NCBI GenBank assembly: GCA_002189035.1
Contig: NEEC01000004.1
Coordinates: forward strand, 5,518,001 to 5,582,000
Origin: Utricularia gibba
Taxonomy: Eukaryota; Plantae; Magnoliophyta
Reading direction: 5' to 3'
Length of the DNA: 64,000 nucleotides
Shown here: positions 59,437 to 64,000 of the stretch, in pieces
Layout: each line of letters begins with the position of its first letter
Position numbering within the stretch: the stretch's first letter is position 1
Notes under the pieces: model-generated
Database searches by the model: none
What the model was told of the DNA's origin: nothing
What the model saw: only the letters and a program-made list of their open reading frames with translations
Program-made: the position numbers and the translations under genes

Positions 59437-62400
59437 TCAGATGCTCAGAAGGTCCGGTGGTGGAGAAGGGTTTGCTGCCTCTGGGGGCGGCCGCGGAAAC
59501 ATCTCCGTTTCCGGCTTCGGTAGCTCCGTGAGGATTTGCACAACTTCCCGCATCGTCGGCCGCTGGACCGCATGCTCTTCGACGCAAAGCATGCCAACGT
59601 AGAAAAGATGAGTCACTTGTTCGTTTATAGGACTCCCTAGTCTCGGGTCAACAATCTTGCCCACTTCCTCCATGTTCCCGCCGCTCATTTTCCGAACCCA
59701 GTGCACGATATCAACGCCGTCGCCGAATTCCCCGACGGGTTTCCGCCCAGTCACCAGTTCTAGCAGAACCACTCCAAAGCTGTACACGTCGCTCTTCTCG
59801 TCCACCTTCAGCGTGTACGCATACTCTGCCATCACAACACGAACAATTTAATCCCCCACAAGTCACAAGACACTGAAACATAGGGATGATTGATTACCTG
59901 GGGCGATGTAACCGTACGAGCCTGCGATGGCGGACATACATTCTGAAGTCCCTGAGTCCTGTAAGAACTTGGCCAGTCCGAAATCAGCAACATGGGCTTC
60001 AAAATTGGAATCCAGGAGAATGTTATTAGACTTGACATCCCTGTGCACAATCAATGGGGAACAATCGTGATGGAGATAGCAGAGCCCCTTGGCTGCATCC
60101 ACTGCGATCTTGTACCTTGTCTCCCAGTCCAAGTGACCACCTTTCTTCCCATGGAGCAATTCTCCCAAGCTTCCATTAGGCATGTACTCATAAACAAGCA
60201 GATTGGTTTCGTTATTGGAACAGAAACCAAGCAGTCTTACGATATGCCTGTGCCTGATTCTCCCGAGAGTTTGTATCTCCGCATTGAAGCCATGATCGTG
60301 GGACGAACCCCTGCTCATGGCCGGCATTCTCTTTACAGCTACTTGATCACCACTGGGCATTACCCCTTTGTAGACTATGCCAGCACCACCCTTTCCGATC
60401 ATGTTGTCTTCTTTCAGACAATCCAGGACATCATCGCAGGTGAAGTCTAGTCTTTGGAAGGCAGTGAGCTTCCATGATCGACCATCACTAGCTTTTTTCA
60501 ACGAACGAGCCTTAAAGATTGCAGCCACAGCGAAGACAATCGAGCAAATTAGCAATCCCATCACCAGCAACAGCTTCATTGATGGAGTGAAACTGTCCTC
60601 ATGCTGTCTTACGGCTCCATTGCCGATGCCCTCTTTGCAGGGACCCAAGTACGGACCACAAAGATTTGGGTTACCCAGAAAAGAAGTGTAATTGAAGTAG
60701 CTGAACTGGCCAGTACCCGGAACCAAACCGGACAAATTGTTGTACGAAAAATCAACGGAAGTTAAACTTTGAATGCTAGAAATAGAATAAGGAATGCTAC
60801 CCACAAGATGATTTCTAGACAAATTCAAGTAGTTAAGAATCCTCATAGAACTGATCTCCGAAGGAACGTTGCCGGATAACTGATTCCCGCTGATATCGAC
60901 AAATGTCAACAGCTTGCACTGGCTAATCTCAGGAGGAATCGAGCCTGTAAACTCGTTATGACTGAAATCCAACTTTGACAACTGCTGCAGCTTACCAATT
61001 TCAGACGGAATGCTACCGGAGAACCTGTTGCCATCCAGTAAAAGTTTTTGAACAGCGATGAAGTTTCCGATACTCGACGGTAGCGGACCCGACAGACGAT
61101 TATTGGAAAGACTGATTTGTCCAAGATTCTTAGACAAAACTTGAGTTTCAGGGAATGCACCGGTGAGAAGGTTGTCTTGGAACTCAACTTGAGTGAGCAA
61201 CGGCAAGCTAAGCAATCCTTTGGGAATAGACCCGTTTAGGTAGTTGTCGCCCATCCTGATACGAGTCAGGGACTCGCAGTGACCCAGCGACTCCGGAATT
61301 GGGCCGAACAGAAAGTTCCCCAAAGTGATCAAGGTATGGAGCAGATTCCCAAAGCAGAGGTTCGGAGGCAAATTTCCGGTCAACTTGTTGGAGCTTAAAT
61401 CCACTTCTTGCAGATTGCCGTTGCTACCTATATTTGGAGGGATACTTCCAGTGAAGTTGTTTTCCCATAATTGCAACACCTGCAGCCCAGGCAGCTCTCC
61501 AATGAAGTCTGGTATGGATCCGGTAAGCTTATTCCTGAAGAGATTCAAAAGAGTTAAGCTTTTAAGGTTGGAAAATGATGGCGGGATTTCCCCAGAAAGC
61601 ATATTGTTGGATAGGTCCAAGGACTTCAAGCTTTTCAAGTTACCCAGCTCCGGCGTTAACTCGCCCGAAAGCCCATTAACTTGCAGGAAAAGGGTATCTA
61701 GATTCTCCAACTTTCCGATCTCGGCAGGAATCACGCCTGAAAGACCGCAGCTCGCAGCATCCAACCGCACCAGCTTGGATAAATTTCCGATTTCTTTGGG
61801 GATGCCACCTGAAAAGGTGTTGTAGTAACCAACATAGAGCTCCTTGAGCTGTGTCAGATTTCCAAGCTCCGGAGGAATGACTCCGGTTAACTCATTGCCG
61901 GAAACTGCCAAATACTCGAGACGAGGAAACGTGCCAAATTCAGGCGGTATCACACCGGTGAAAAAGTTACCCCCGAGATGTAAATGACGGAGATTTGAAA
62001 GTAAATAGGCATCAGAAGGGAAATCTCCTGTCATATTATTGTTGTACAAGTCGAGAACCTCGAGATTCTTGAGGCGGTAGAGCTCCGTTGGGAAGCTGTT
62101 GTTGAAGACATTATTGGAAAGATTCAGATACCGGAGATTGGGGATGTCAGCGATTTCTGGGGGAAGCGAGCCAGATAGGGAGTTCACAGCAGCGGAGAAA
62201 TGAACAAGGAACCGGAGCTGTCCGACTTGGGGTGAAAGAGAACCAGAAAGACTGAGATTTGAAATGTCAAGCGCCACCACCTGTCGGCCGGATGGATCAC
62301 AGGTAACCCCTCTCCAGGAGCAGTGGTCGGTGGCTGAATTCCAAGATGCCAACTCCGTATGTGGGTCCTGGGTGATGGCCGCTTTTATGGAGAGCAAGGC

Positions 62401-62493
62401 ATGGTACTCCGACATCCGCGGCGGCCTTGCGGCGGCGACGATGTGGGGGCGATGAAAATTGAGGAGGAGGAAGGAGAAGAAGAGGAAACGCAT
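59437..62493 (-). CDS. BAM1: CLV1-related LRR receptor kinase, BAM1/BAM2 clade; intron 59826-59897
   Basis: Signal peptide, ~21 LRRs with [118 protein letters not shown]1 vs BAM2 not resolved. Confidence 0.93.
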
Positions 62494-64000
62494 TGCTCGT
62501 GTTTCCAGGTATCCTCGGTGCTTCTGCATCGACTGTGCTGTGAAGTAGGAAGGGGATTGGAAAGTTTGGAGGAAGCGAAATTGCAAGTTGGTCCTCAAAC
62601 AGTCGCATTTGCTGCATTTGACCCAAAATCCCAGGCAAATCCAGGATGGACCCCAGCAGTGCTTTCCTTCCTTCTAACTTTGTTCAGCACATTCATGACT
62701 CACGAGCCTGGAGAGTCCCTTTCCGGGCCCCCGGCCTCACCTCGATGTCTTGGGGTCGGACTGTAATTTTGTGGAAGTGCGGGCAAAGCCCCAAACCGAA
62801 ACTGGAGGGAGGGAAGGTTATTTTTATCAAAAGGAAGGGTCTTTTGGAAAAGTTGGGAATAATCCTTAAAGCAGGCAGGTTGTTGTTGGTTTTTAGTGGT
62901 CAGCAAGCCTTGACAGGACAGGGAGGTAGCTGCTGCTTCTGCCAGAACTGCTAAATTTTCTCGTCTTTCCGACACTTTGCCTTTATCCCTTTTCCTTTTA
63001 CTTTGTTCCCAATCACACACCGGTCCGGTGCGGGGTTCTTCTTCGCCTCGAGTGGAGGCAAACACTCCCATGGAACCTCACCCAACAGCCTCGGCGGGTT
63101 GACTTGGATTGATTGCAGTGGACCACCGCAGAGCCAGGTGAAGGTCCATGTGTTCGGAGATGGAGTGAGTTGTGTATGCGCCTGCAAAGGGAAAGGGGCT
63201 ACTTATGCTTCTTTGATAAATAAATCATTTGGTCGACGCCCCGCCACAGAAAACTTGTCGCTGCCCCATGTTCCCTATTTATTTTAACCACAACGCCCTT
63301 CCTTATCCAGCTTCACTCAGACCGTGGTCCTGCCCCGCCCAGCCCATGCCAATGGTCGACACTCGGCAGTCGGCACACACACTCTCTCTCTACACGTTCA
63401 AACCTCGGCCTGCCTTGAAAGGAAGAAGAACCATCGCCCCCCCTGCTCACGCTTTGCAGACACAAACAGGGTGCTGCTGGCTGCGGCCTCAGTACTGTGT
63501 GTTCTCTTCTTGTTGCAGAGAAGCAAGCGTCACGAGTTGGGGACAACCATTTTGGCATGTATCGTGTCTTGGAGGGCACTAGTATGAACCCCGAGCTTAA
63601 AAGTCCGATGTGGGACTGACTGCTACTCCTGCAAATGGCGGCATCGCCTGGTCCTAACGAAGACCCTCGCTTTCCATGGCTGCTACCCAGCTGCGGGGAT
63701 GGAGGTTACGACACTCATTTTAGAGGTGCTTATGTAGTTAGTGACTCTCCCGACAAGATTATTCATTCTGTCCTTTGCTTTCCTCCCATACGAAAGATGG
63801 ATAGAGCATTGTTCAAAGCAACAGAAACTCTTCAATAGCTCCGAAACATGCATCATAAATGTTGGCGTTTCTTCATTCCCCTGATGACATCATGCGCTTC
63901 AAGAGCATCTAATCTACCCCTGTTTTTGGTAATTGGCTTGCTTCATAACCAGAAGCAACTGGCTTGATTCAGATCTTTTTAGGCGACCTTGTATCTTGAA

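Noticed and set aside
59992-61825. Plus-strand ORFs antisense to BAM
   Set aside because: Shadow ORFs from LRR/kinase codon periodicity.
59863-62598. ORF-track start at 62598 and stop at 59863 for the LRR-RLK
   Set aside because: The signal peptide begins at Met 62493, and the ORF end is intron read-through; the kinase continues in the exon 59825-59437.

Overview
Gene-dense eudicot plant nuclear DNA with about 25 loci in 64 kb and mostly 70-100 nt introns. No prokaryotic features, CRISPR arrays, rRNA or tRNA were seen. Gene order: 3' part of a beta-xylosidase; a QALGGH C2H2 zinc finger plus a decayed copy; a B-class GATA factor; three PR-10 genes, two forming a near-perfect ~733-bp inverted duplication; a HMA/HIPP gene; a class-3 lipase; two unidentified genes; a short Met-Cys ERF-VII-like factor; a PMEI-PME; BCKDH E2; a Ser-rich DUF740-like gene; TCTP; a ULP1 SUMO protease; a BTB/POZ gene; PRMT4; HSBP with a U12 AT-AC intron; a U2 snRNA with USE/TATA promoter; FPF1; a tandem duplication of an [SRC2-like C2 gene + BIN3 methyltransferase] unit; an LBO-type 2OGD; a small Lys-rich gene; and a BAM1/2-type LRR-RLK. 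The duplication carries a solo LTR, a microhomology deletion and a 39-bp coding minisatellite. At least 12 breaks across nine loci each repair by adding one base to a short homopolymer, which suggests uncorrected long-read assembly errors rather than mass pseudogenisation. Gene names rest on recalled motifs; no database search was run.
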